DNA from: a bacterium
GTDB taxonomy: Bacteria > Patescibacteriota > Minisyncoccia > Phycocordibacterales > UBA9973
Length of the DNA stretch: 58,850 nt
Direction of reading: 5' to 3'
NCBI GenBank assembly: GCA_043748495.1
Contig: JAYTNB010000050.1
Coordinates: forward strand, 1-58,850
Part shown: positions 1 through 8,961 of the stretch, one piece after another
Numbering within the stretch: the first letter of the stretch is position 1
Layout: every line of letters begins with the position of its first letter
The notes under the pieces: model-generated
Seen by the model: the letters and a program-made list of their open reading frames with translations, nothing else
Databases searched by the model: none
What the model was told of the DNA's origin: nothing
Program-made: the position numbers and the translations under genes

Positions 1-699
1 TATAAAAAAATATCCAAAGAACAGAAAGAGAAAAATCCTCTTGCCGAAGTTGTCATAGATGAAAGTGAAATTGAAAAAACGATTCTAGAACTCCGCAAAA
101 TGCGCGCCCAACAAGCACTACCGAAACACGAGCACGAAGATGGTGAGGCAGAGGACCACACTCATGAAGAAATAAAAGAGGAGGACTATCCAGTATTTGA
201 TGATGAATTTGCAAAAAGTTTCGGCAATTTCCAAACAGCCGATGAATTTAAAAATAAAATAAAAGAGAATTTAAAAATAGAAAAAGAAACAGAAGGTAAA
301 GACAAGCTCCGCTTAGCGATTATTGAAGGTATTTTAGAAGGTACAAACGGCGAAATCCCGGAGATACTAATCGAAAGTGAAATAGAAAAGATACTTTATA
401 AACTCGAAGCTGACATCACAAATATGGGCTTCAAATTCGAGGATTATTTAGTTCAAATCAAAAAGACTGTCGATGAATTGAAAAAAGAATGGCGTCCTGA
501 TGCAGAAAAAAGAGCCAAGCTTCAGATAGTCATAAATCAAATCGCTCGCAATGAAAACTTGAAAGTCGACGAAGAACAAGCAAAAAAAGAAACCGAAGCA
601 ATTTTAAAAATGTACAAAGAAGCCGACCCAATACGTGCACGTGCCTATGTCGAAAATATGCTTGAAAACGAAAAAGTTTTTGGTTTTTTAGAAAAATAG
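1..699 (+). CDS. tig: trigger factor, C-terminal portion (5' end outside the window)
   Basis: The frame of the listed ORF (100..699) stays open back to base 1 (YKKISKEQKEKNPLAEVVIDESEIEKTILELRK precedes the first Met), so the gene is cut by the window edge. The Lys/Glu-rich helical C-terminal arm and the position directly upstream of clpP fit the conserved tig-clpP arrangement. Confidence 0.65.
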   Translation, partial: YKKISKEQKEKNPLAEVVIDESEIEKTILELRKMRAQQALPKHEHEDGEAEDHTHEEIKEEDYPVFDDEFAKSFGNFQTADEFKNKIKENLKIEKETEGKDKLRLAIIEGILEGTNGEIPEILIESEIEKILYKLEADITNMGFKFEDYLVQIKKTVDELKKEWRPDAEKRAKLQIVINQIARNENLKVDEEQAKKETEAILKMYKEADPIRARAYVENMLENEKVFGFLEK

Positions 700-852
700 A
701 ATAAAAACTAAAAAGTTTTTTCTGTAGGGGGTTTTGAATCTGTCGAGATAAAAACTTCAGGATTTTTTAAGCTTAAAAAAAATCCGTACCCGAAAAAAAA
801 CAACCTTTAAAGGTTGTTTGAAATTATAATAATAAAATAGTATAATAAATTT

Positions 853-1443
853 ATGTTAATCCCAACAGTTATCGAAAAAACAATGAATGGCGAACGCGCG
901 TATGACATCTACTCACGTTTATTAAATGAACGTATCATCTTTTTAGGTGGACAAATAGACGACCATGTAGCCAACTTGGTTATCGCACAGCTTCTTTACT
1001 TGGATCATACAGATAGCAAGAAAGACATCCAACTATACATCAACTCCCCTGGTGGTTCTGTTACAGCAGGACTTGCGATTCTAGACACGATGAACTTTGT
1101 TAAATGTGACGTCTCGACTATCTGTGTCGGTATCGCAGCCTCTATGGGTGCAGTACTTTTGTCTGGAGGTCAGAAAGGCAAACGTTTCTCTCTACCTAAC
1201 TCTGAAGTTATGATTCACCAAGTTATGGGTGGCGCTGAAGGTCAAGCAAGTGACATCGCTATAAATGCGAAACATATTTTGAGAACAAAAGACACTCTCA
1301 ACAAGATACTTGCTAAAAATACCGGCAAGACTCCAGCTGTACTTGAAAAAGACTCTGATCGTGACTACTACATGACCGCCGACGAAGCCAAAGCATACGG
1401 TTTAATAGACCAAATAGTAAATAAACAAAAAGTAAGTAAATAA
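853..1443 (+). CDS. clpP: ATP-dependent Clp protease proteolytic subunit
   Basis: Full-length ClpP-like sequence: [37 protein letters not shown], catalytic Ser context [11 protein letters not shown] and His context VMIHQ. TATAAT at 841-846 lies exactly 6 nt before the ATG. Confidence 0.97.
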   Translation: MLIPTVIEKTMNGERAYDIYSRLLNERIIFLGGQIDDHVANLVIAQLLYLDHTDSKKDIQLYINSPGGSVTAGLAILDTMNFVKCDVSTICVGIAASMGAVLLSGGQKGKRFSLPNSEVMIHQVMGGAEGQASDIAINAKHILRTKDTLNKILAKNTGKTPAVLEKDSDRDYYMTADEAKAYGLIDQIVNKQKVSK

Positions 1444-1474
1444 AAAATCCCCGAATTTATTTCGGGTTTTTTTA
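1444..1474. terminator. bidirectional rho-independent terminator between clpP and the convergent gene
   Basis: Stem CCCGAA (1450-1455) pairs with TTCGGG (1461-1466). An A-run lies upstream and a T-run (1467-1473) downstream. Confidence 0.75.
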
Positions 1475-2455
1475 TATCTCTCTTATTACATCAAAACCAT
1501 TCATACTTCCAGTTATAGTGAGACCTATAACTTCTTTGGCAATTTTTTGTTTTTTACATTTGGAAGCTATAACATTGAGTGTAGAACCAGAACCGGTAAA
1601 ATCATCTATAACTAGAAGTTTTTTGAAACTATTATTTTGTCCTATCGCATGTAATGTATTTTCTGCATTTCTAATTCTATCATTTACGTCTTTCAGACTT
1701 TTTTGTTGAATCATTATTGGTGTTTTTATTTTCTCTATACTTATTTTTGGTAAATTAGTCTTTACTCTTTTTTCTAATTCTTTCATAAACTGGATAGAAC
1801 GAGGTACTGTTGGTGGCACATAAGCAATAGCATCTGGTTTCATTTTTTCTATAAAGTTTTGGATTTCATTTTCAACAATATCTAAAACCTTTTTCATAAG
1901 CATTTTATTTTGAGTTTGTTTTGCATGAAAAAGCCAAAGAGCGATTTTTGTTTTTCCAAAAATAGGAATACTATACGGGTGTAAATAGTAAAGACGATCT
2001 AGATATTTTTCTTTTATAAAAGTAATATCTAGTTTTTGTGTTGCATCTATAAAACCATCTTTTTTAAAATGATTGTATTCTTTAATAGATTCAGCATACT
2101 CTAGAGATTTTTTACCAACATCGTAATTTCTTTCTTTACACCAGATTTCAAATCCTTTTACTCCAACTATTTCTTTGCCATCTGTAGTAAGTAAAAGGAA
2201 ATTTTCTTCTAAAATATCTTTTACTTTAGAATCCAACAAAGTTGGATAACTAAACTTTTCATTAACTTCATTTGCAAGTACATAGTACACTTTTGGCGCC
2301 TTACCTATCTTGGTCAAAAGACCATCTTCGACAAGCTTTTTAATATGCCTATGTATCATTACACTCCCTATATTTAAGACAGAAGTCAATTCGTGAACTG
2401 AAACAGTCCCCTTTTCTTCTATATATTTAAGTATTTTATCCTTATTACTGTACAT
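1472..2455 (-). CDS. winged-helix HTH protein fused to a phosphoribosyltransferase-like (ComF/GntX-type) domain
   Basis: The N-terminus (ILKYIEEKGTVSVHELTSVLNIGSVMIHRHIKKLVEDGLL) looks like a wHTH. The C-terminus has the PRPP-binding signature LLVIDDFTGSGSTLN. Confidence 0.6.
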   Translation of the reverse strand: MYSNKDKILKYIEEKGTVSVHELTSVLNIGSVMIHRHIKKLVEDGLLTKIGKAPKVYYVLANEVNEKFSYPTLLDSKVKDILEENFLLLTTDGKEIVGVKGFEIWCKERNYDVGKKSLEYAESIKEYNHFKKDGFIDATQKLDITFIKEKYLDRLYYLHPYSIPIFGKTKIALWLFHAKQTQNKMLMKKVLDIVENEIQNFIEKMKPDAIAYVPPTVPRSIQFMKELEKRVKTNLPKISIEKIKTPIMIQQKSLKDVNDRIRNAENTLHAIGQNNSFKKLLVIDDFTGSGSTLNVIASKCKKQKIAKEVIGLTITGSMNGFDVIREI

Positions 2456-2475
2456 AGTATATAGTATACTATGTA

Positions 2476-3549
2476 CTATGTACTATTGCAAGTACTTGTA
2501 CGCGTCCACCACATATGGCACTCATCGGTTGGTAATGTACTCACAATATACCTTAAAGGAGAAACCATGCCAAGAGATTCATGTGGTCTCTTTGTATCAT
2601 ACCAAAGTAACCAATCCATTAAGTCTTTGTTAAAAGTATTAAGATCTTCTTTTAAAGAATATAGATTCCAGTTAACATACTGTTCTTGTATTGTTCTGTT
2701 AAATCTCTCTACGTAGGCATTCATTTTAGGACATCTAGGATAATTATGAAAATGAACAATCTTTTCTTCTTCTAAATATTCTCTAAAGTACTTTTCAAAT
2801 TCAAGTCCATTGTCTGTTTGGATATGAGTAATTTCAAATGGAGCAACATCTCTTAATTTCTTTAAGAAGTCACGACCTACTTCTGATGAGAGATTTTTGT
2901 ATCCATATGCAAAAGCAAAATCACTTTCAACATCAATTGCTGTCATTATGAATCTTCTGACACCATTAATGAATTTAACTACAGTATCAACTTGGACTAG
3001 ATCACCTGATTTCTCTGGATTGTAGTCTTTACGTCTTAATTTCTTACGTTTCTTGACTATCCTCTCTTTCACATTACCTGTACGAGCATACATCGATACT
3101 TTGTTGTAACTAGGTAGTAAATTACGATTCTTTAGATCTTTTAGAATACGACCGATTTTTGATTCTGAATACGATATATTTAAGTCTTCTTTTAGTAAGC
3201 AAGCTAATTTCTTTTTACCAATTTTGTAGTGAAGTTTCCTTTGTTTAATGATGTATTCAATAGCTTCTAAATTAACATCTCTCTTTCTTTTGTTCTTGGG
3301 AGTTGCACTTGTTGCATTAAGACCTTCTAACTTACCATGTGTACTCTTGAGTGCCTTTTGCCAACGAAATAGAGTACGTTCCGATACTTTAAAAGCTTCC
3401 TTTGTTGCACAACTACCATGACGCTCCCAGAATGCTAAAATACGACATCTTTCTTTTGCTTGTTCTGTAATCATATACCGAAACCTTAGCATATTCTCCC
3501 ACATTGTAATGAACCCTTTTGTACCCTTGAAACGATTGAATTGGCGCAT
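2476..3549 (-). CDS. DDE (rve/integrase-core) transposase, IS481-like
   Basis: Single 357-aa ORF with an N-terminal HTH region. Catalytic triad contexts are LVQVDTV, IQTDNGLEF and NAYVERFNRTIQ, and the C-terminus has KRPHESLG. Confidence 0.85.
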   Translation of the reverse strand: MRQFNRFKGTKGFITMWENMLRFRYMITEQAKERCRILAFWERHGSCATKEAFKVSERTLFRWQKALKSTHGKLEGLNATSATPKNKRKRDVNLEAIEYIIKQRKLHYKIGKKKLACLLKEDLNISYSESKIGRILKDLKNRNLLPSYNKVSMYARTGNVKERIVKKRKKLRRKDYNPEKSGDLVQVDTVVKFINGVRRFIMTAIDVESDFAFAYGYKNLSSEVGRDFLKKLRDVAPFEITHIQTDNGLEFEKYFREYLEEEKIVHFHNYPRCPKMNAYVERFNRTIQEQYVNWNLYSLKEDLNTFNKDLMDWLLWYDTKRPHESLGMVSPLRYIVSTLPTDECHMWWTRTSTCNST

Positions 3550-3599
3550 GTTCTTAATTAATTAAGACTGCCATATGTTAGTGAACTTTAACAGTACTT
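2490..3599 (-). mobile_element. IS481-family insertion sequence (boundaries tentative)
   Basis: Imperfect 31-bp terminal inverted repeats: 2490-2520 AAGTACTTGTACGCGTCCACCACATATGGCA versus the reverse complement of 3569-3599, AAGTACTGTTAAAGTTCACTAACATATGGCA. They match at 21/31 positions, with the outer 7 and inner 10 nt identical. The transposase ORF reads through the 2490 end and stops 14 nt outside. No target duplication was recognised. Confidence 0.45.
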
Positions 3600-3654
3600 C
3601 CTCACAAGTGCATCAAAGAGTACAAAGGAAAAAAGACGATGAGGAGAGAGATTT

Positions 3655-3683
3655 GGTCCGCAAGCTTTGAGAGCTTGCGGACC
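3655..3683. other. perfect 12-bp GC-rich hairpin just outside the IS end
   Basis: GGTCCGCAAGCT-ttgag-AGCTTGCGGACC. A second perfect 12-bp hairpin, GAAGAAATATTT-ttc-AAATATTTCTTC, sits at 3727-3753. Neither is followed by a U-run. Confidence 0.6.
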
Positions 3684-3837
3684 GACACCACCTCTTATCC
3701 TATATTGTTTTCTTTGCTGCACGTGTGAAGAAATATTTTTCAAATATTTCTTCGTTCCTATAGACCCTCAAGCCAATGTCGTAACTTGAGAATCTAATAA
3801 GAAAGAAAAGGTTTGAAATCATCGCCCCTTTTCTTTT

Positions 3838-4101
3838 TTAATTTTCGTTTACAATCTGCCATCCCCAATGACCTTTTGGTACGAGCATTTTAATCTCGAT
3901 ACCATCAGGCATAGTGACAAATATTTCTCCATCACCGTTTGGAAGCTCTCTAAACTGTTCTCCGGGAATATCTTCCTTATTAACTCTCTCAAGTTTAGTT
4001 TGTTTTTTCCATTCCTTAACGCCAACTGGGCAAAACGCAAGCCATTTTTTATAGGCTTCCATTGTAAAAGAAATTTTTTCTAAATCGTGAACCTTCCCCA
4101 T
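3838..4101 (-). CDS. hypothetical small protein (87 aa from ATG 4101; the ORF track starts at TTG 4125)
   Basis: Open frame only; no motif recognised. A hairpin GAAAAGG/CCTTTTC (3805-3833) lies downstream on the minus strand. Confidence 0.4.
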   Translation of the reverse strand: MGKVHDLEKISFTMEAYKKWLAFCPVGVKEWKKQTKLERVNKEDIPGEQFRELPNGDGEIFVTMPDGIEIKMLVPKGHWGWQIVNEN

Positions 4102-4130
4102 TTTATATTTTATTTTAATGTACAAATTAA

Positions 4131-4174
4131 TTCTTACTGAGCCTGCTATAAAAATATAGTAACCTCAGCAAGAA
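4131..4174. other. long hairpin at the low-coordinate end of the 0.9-kb ORF-free stretch; possible minus-strand terminator
   Basis: TTCTTACTGAG...CTCAGCAAGAA pairs at 10/11 positions, with an inner stem CTATA/TATAG. On the minus strand it is followed by TTAATTTGT. Confidence 0.4.
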
Positions 4175-5024
4175 TGGCAAAAATTAATTTACCACTCCTG
4201 CCTCTCTCCTTTTTTAATAAAAGGATAAACAATATTCCCTATAGGCTCACAAGCAATGTCAAAAACTTGTGAGTCTAACAAGGATGCTGAAATTAAAAAC
4301 TTCAGCAAAATTGTTCGGAAACCCTAACCCCGAAAAAAATTTGATTCTTCCACAAACTTACTTTCTCTTATAAAGAGATCTTTTTTGATTAAACAAAAAA
4401 GATATACACTAGGTCGCAGAACCTTACCCGTGTAAATTCGACACTTGTCTTGGGGTATCGATCCCTATTCCAGTAGCTTACAAGAGACTCACTCTGCCGA
4501 AATCTCTATTACAGTGACCACCATAACATGCTGTATGTATGCTTAGAATACGTGGTGATATTCACCTCTTTTAGGATAACTTTTGACAGTATGCCTCTAA
4601 TCAAACGGCCTCCTGGCCAGTAAATATTAACACCAGACGAATCATTCCTGGTGCGAACAGTGTAATTTTTTTATGTTGATTTTTACTACAACAGTAAGTG
4701 TGGTTCTATATTATCCGAGCTGTATCTCCTTCGGAATTAAACCTAAGTTTTTTTATTGCCAGTACTTTACACTAAACTGGTTTTTGCTTGTCGTTGCAAA
4801 ACGTCTCAATCACAGAGATGTGACAACTACTTAATACGTTCTATTCCGTATAGTTGTTTGCAGTTTATGTTGGATACTAATAGAAGTATTTTAATGAGTC
4901 ACACCGCCCATCCTCGGCTTTATATACTAAAAGGAGGATCTTTGTTCATGATCTCTAATTTTTAGTTGTTTTTCTTTCGGAAATATTCCAGGGCGTATAA
5001 CATTCTTCCCATTATCAATAATTT

Positions 5025-6377
5025 TTATAGATTATTGATACCGACACCGCCGGTTGCTTTTGCAACTTCGCAAAGAGCATTGTTGGTAGTGTCTACAACA
5101 AAGGCATGCATCTTAGTACCTGCAAAATCTTTTGTTGCTTTTAAGTCAATTTTATCATCACCATCAGTGATAATTACAAGTTCTGGCTTGTAAGTCGCAC
5201 CATCAGCGATGATTTCATTGATTCTTTCCTGAGCTGACCTTGCACAGCCCGAGATGTCCGTGCTTCCGCCCGAATAATTTTTCTCGGTAAAATGCTTGAT
5301 TAACTCTTTCGCTTCAGTTGGCGTACCCGCATGGTACTCAGTTTTTAGCGATGTGTCGAAAAGCCGGACGTACAATTCCGCTTCTCCAGCAATTACTGCC
5401 TTTAAGCGGTTCATCAGAATCCCCCCAGCTTTGAAGATCCTTTTTCCCTCTCCCATAGAGCCAGAGCAGTCTATCATTACATATAGTAACTGCCTTTTTT
5501 CAATGGTTATCACTCGTTCACGGACAGGGATACCTCCGGTAACGGCCAGATAGTCAAAATAACTTTTTGACTGCTGGCGTACTGCCCAATAAGATTTTTC
5601 AATTTTATTGAGCTCTCCCATGTGACGAATAGGTCTTTTACGGATTTCGTCTCCGGCAGGATCCGCTTCCTGCTTTTTCAACTTACGAACTTGCATTTTC
5701 GTAAGTTTATCGAGGTTGCGGCTTATGGAAAGCATGATATCTTTACCATTGAGCATATCCTCGGCAAGGGACATTTTTTGCTGATCGTCATCAGCATTAT
5801 CTTTTCCTGAATCAGAATTCTCGTCAGAATCCGGATCCAAAAGTTCTTTCTCATCTTGAGTAAGGCTTTCCACCTGATCCAAAATTTGATTAACTTTTTT
5901 CCCTGCTTGTTCTGCCTTCTCAGCAAAAATCGGCAAGGATTCTCCACTTCCATCTCCACTACCACCTTCCATATTAGAAAGTAGCTTTAAGCAATTCATC
6001 GCCTGCTCGAGTGGAGTCGAACCAGGCAAACTTCCCACCTCTACAGTCTGCAAAAAATCGCAAACGTTTTGATGGTACTTAACAGCTTTTTCTGTTTCTT
6101 CGGCAAGTTTAGCTGCTTTAGAATTAGTCGAGCCTTTTTTTGTTTGCCAATTTCCACTCCTGTCAGGAGTTGGCCATTTCTCCTCAACATTTTTTTTCAC
6201 CTGTTCTTTATATGCAGATGGCGGCAATATTTTACCACCAGCTGCAATATTTGCGATGTCGGTAGCCAGGTCAGGTGAGAACCTGGACAGGCCGATTTTT
6301 TCTGCCACCTCTCTCATCTCCTCCTTTGACGGAGAAATATAATGCGAGGGTGGTACAGTACGAAATGTTTGTGACAT
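5025..6377 (-). CDS. von Willebrand factor A (vWA) domain protein with acidic linker (CobT/BchD-like architecture)
   Basis: MIDAS-type motif in LLYVMIDCSGSMGEG, then GGSTDI and LVIITDGDD. An acidic low-complexity linker (DPDSDENSDSGKDNADDDQQ) lies N-terminal to the vWA domain. I moved the start to ATG 6377 because AAGGAGG (6387-6393) lies 9 nt upstream; the ORF track starts at 6419. Confidence 0.8.
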   Translation of the reverse strand: MSQTFRTVPPSHYISPSKEEMREVAEKIGLSRFSPDLATDIANIAAGGKILPPSAYKEQVKKNVEEKWPTPDRSGNWQTKKGSTNSKAAKLAEETEKAVKYHQNVCDFLQTVEVGSLPGSTPLEQAMNCLKLLSNMEGGSGDGSGESLPIFAEKAEQAGKKVNQILDQVESLTQDEKELLDPDSDENSDSGKDNADDDQQKMSLAEDMLNGKDIMLSISRNLDKLTKMQVRKLKKQEADPAGDEIRKRPIRHMGELNKIEKSYWAVRQQSKSYFDYLAVTGGIPVRERVITIEKRQLLYVMIDCSGSMGEGKRIFKAGGILMNRLKAVIAGEAELYVRLFDTSLKTEYHAGTPTEAKELIKHFTEKNYSGGSTDISGCARSAQERINEIIADGATYKPELVIITDGDDKIDLKATKDFAGTKMHAFVVDTTNNALCEVAKATGGVGINNL

Positions 6378-6579
6378 ATCGACGACCCTCCTTGGCCGAT
6401 ATTTTAAAACTTTTTGCAATATGCTTGGGTAGTTTTATTTTCCCTATCAAACTTTTACTCTCTCCCTTTGAAAAAGTTAAAAATCTGAATAAGGTTGCCA
6501 AATATTTCTACTTGGCAAAATTATTATGTAACCCATAACCCCTTATTGGAATTTTAAAGAAGATTCCAACTTCTTTGTT

Positions 6580-7653
6580 TTAAACTCTAACAGAATCCAA
6601 AGCACGGGCCTGGCCTGATGTGATCAAGCCAGAAACTGCATCACGCATTTTATTGCGTTTATCAGTCAACCCGTCAGGGACTCGCATTCCTGCGAGTTTA
6701 TCCTGTAAATTACTTAAGCGTTTTACAGCTTGAAGTAATTTTATAGGAGAGGTCTCCTGACTGACCTCACGATTAAGCCCATCAAACTCCTGCTGTGCCA
6801 CTTGCAGGTTTTTTTCCGCTTCAGCGCGTTCCATTGCGCTTTTAAGATCTGCTTCGATTGTCGAAGCTAAACCTTCAAGACCCGGCAGATAGCGGAGATC
6901 TACCAAGTCTTGTTGTCCCACATGATCCGCACCACGCAATTTTGCAGATGTTTGACACACTTGATATGCGTGGACCGCAGTCCTTGGTGAAACAAAGTTA
7001 CCTTCTGCTGTAGCCTTAGCGAGGATTTCCGCCAAAACTGCCTTAAACCCATTCAAGATGGGCCCCCCAAGACGAGGGGCGACTTTTTCAAACAAAGCCT
7101 TGTAAGACTTTGCAGAATAGTCTTTCCATTCCAGATTATACTGAAGTGGAAAACGTTCAATTAAAGCGTGGGCTGCCGGGCCCAATTCACTTATCTCACT
7201 CGGCATCTTATTCGTTAGACAAATTATAACTTCAGTGCGCATTTTAAAACGCTGCGCACCATTCCTCAACTCCCGCGCAGTTAAGGTGTCTTTTAAAGCA
7301 AGTAAAACGCTCGCGGGAGCGTCAAACAATTCTTCGAAAACAGAAACCTTGCTGTTTAGGAAAGAATTTTCGGGAAAGTACTGGAGTACTTTTTCTTCCT
7401 CCAGTTTTTTAAAATCAAGACCCCCAAACAGTCTTGATTCATCCATTCCTTCTCCAAAGAATTGGAAGAAAGTTTCGGACTCCAGTCCGAGGCCATTGAC
7501 GATGGCCTGGATCATTTCGGATTTAGCATGACCGCCAGGCCCAAAAATGATCACATTTTTGTTTCCGCCCATTCCGAGCGAAAGAATTCTACTCACCTCA
7601 TCGGTAAACACGAATCCTTCCTCAAGGATGGACGGGATTTTTGTTACGTCCAT
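6580..7653 (-). CDS. single-module AAA+ ATPase, MoxR/CobS/NorQ-like
   Basis: Walker A-like GPGGHAKS (residues 38-45, non-canonical Ala in place of the second Gly). Walker B-like VSVFEE. The ~350-aa size and the adjacent vWA gene fit MoxR-vWA or CobS-CobT type pairs. Confidence 0.7.
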   Translation of the reverse strand: MDVTKIPSILEEGFVFTDEVSRILSLGMGGNKNVIIFGPGGHAKSEMIQAIVNGLGLESETFFQFFGEGMDESRLFGGLDFKKLEEEKVLQYFPENSFLNSKVSVFEELFDAPASVLLALKDTLTARELRNGAQRFKMRTEVIICLTNKMPSEISELGPAAHALIERFPLQYNLEWKDYSAKSYKALFEKVAPRLGGPILNGFKAVLAEILAKATAEGNFVSPRTAVHAYQVCQTSAKLRGADHVGQQDLVDLRYLPGLEGLASTIEADLKSAMERAEAEKNLQVAQQEFDGLNREVSQETSPIKLLQAVKRLSNLQDKLAGMRVPDGLTDKRNKMRDAVSGLITSGQARALDSVRV

Positions 7654-7853
7654 TTTTCTTAATCCCTTTCTTATGGGGAGTTTAAGATGTGACTTGAGCT
7701 GTTCTCCATTCCGATTATTGAAACTTCGACACTTGCGTCACCCCGCGATCTTATTGGTGCGGATCACCACGAGCGAGAATTAAATTATTCTCGCTCAGTT
7801 TGTTATCCTACTTGTTTATTTGAATTCCCCGTTCAGATCTAGGAATTTTAAAA

Positions 7854-8330
7854 TCACCAAGGGCACCGAGTTGTCTCAGTGCCAGTTATGATTTCTTCTT
7901 TCCCCCACACTAAAGCGTGAGAGTTCCAGAAATCATAACTTTTTTTGGTAGCATTTCTGTCCCAAGGTTCGGGCTCTGCCATGCTACCAACAAAGGCGGT
8001 GATTAAAATAAAAACGTTGGCATCCTCCGCCTTCTTGAGGATGACAACTACGCTTTGACAAGGTTCAGCTTGCCTGTCTTTGACAAACCTCGTCAAGCCA
8101 AAGCGTTTAGGCCTTTTTGCATACACAACTGTATCGCTCGGCCTAGTCGCGACACAAATTGTCTCACCGATGATTCGACCCATATCGATCTCCTCAACGA
8201 TGAAATTTCTCCCTTTTGCTTCTATACTTAGTAAAGCCTCTGGAAGAAGAGAGACTATGCCATTGTGAAGGTGTGAGTTTGGTCTATCTCTCACTTCTTC
8301 ACCAGAAGCAATCCTTAAAATATTTTCCAT
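7854..8330 (-). CDS. hypothetical protein (158 aa), first gene of the AAA+/vWA island
   Basis: Open frame with GC-richer composition like the two downstream genes. No motif recognised. Ends with TGA. Confidence 0.5.
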   Translation of the reverse strand: MENILRIASGEEVRDRPNSHLHNGIVSLLPEALLSIEAKGRNFIVEEIDMGRIIGETICVATRPSDTVVYAKRPKRFGLTRFVKDRQAEPCQSVVVILKKAEDANVFILITAFVGSMAEPEPWDRNATKKSYDFWNSHALVWGKEEIITGTETTRCPW

Positions 8331-8917
8331 ATTTTTTGAATTAAAGTTTTGCTTTCGTGTAACGTCCTACGGCATCTACGTTAATTTATCATTAATAGCC
8401 ACCCGTATAAAACGGGCAGTATTAATGCTAAATTAAAAAAGTTTTCAAATAACTTGTCTTACCATAAATCAGGCCTCTCTCCTATTTATGCTCCATAGAT
8501 ACACTCTCCTATGCTATCTGTGGTTCCTTCGTAAAGACATTTCTAGATACAACAATGGGTTAGGTCGTTATATCCAGTCGATTTCATTACGAAACGTTTG
8601 TGAGGTTGTGGTCTCCTTTATATGTTTTGCGGCATATATTGGATTCCTCTCACGGTGCAAAAAAGAATTTATGTAATGTTTATAGAATACTCTCTCTTCT
8701 TTCCTAACTTACCGGCCTAGGTGCCGTCTTGCATTTATAGAATCAAACACAAGATCAGAGGTAAACATCATTATCATATATCTCCTTTAAAGAACTCTCT
8801 CCTTAACTTCTTGCACATAGTATAGCAGAAATAGCACACTTTGTCAATAAGCTATATACAAAAATGCCGTACGTGCTATAAATTTATTATAAAATAAGGG
8901 TTTATTAGTTATCCACA

Positions 8918-8937
8918 TTGTCACATTTGTGTGACAA
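8918..8937. promoter_or_regulatory. perfect palindrome TTGTCACA-tttg-TGTGACAA upstream of the TrmB-like regulator (candidate operator)
   Basis: 8-bp inverted repeat read directly from the sequence. TACAAT at 8950-8955 lies 6 nt before the ATG at 8962. Confidence 0.45.
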
Positions 8938-8961
8938 AAGTAGATATGCTACAATAAAAGC

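Noticed and set aside
100-102. ATG at 100 as the start of the first gene
   Set aside because: The frame is open to base 1 and the product is only the C-terminal third of a trigger factor, so the real start lies upstream of the window.
4756-5193. Two plus-strand ORFs (69 and 75 aa) in the island's ORF-free stretch
   Set aside because: They have no SD or -10 context and odd composition, and the second overlaps the vWA gene antisense. The region is better described as non-coding or decayed.
2453-8837. A 10-nt match ACATAGTATA near 2456 and 8815 as possible direct repeats bounding IS plus island
   Set aside because: The match is short and AT-rich, and the left copy lies in a locally repetitive tract (TAGTATA and CTATGTA each occur twice). 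This is not distinguishable from chance without a statistical scan.
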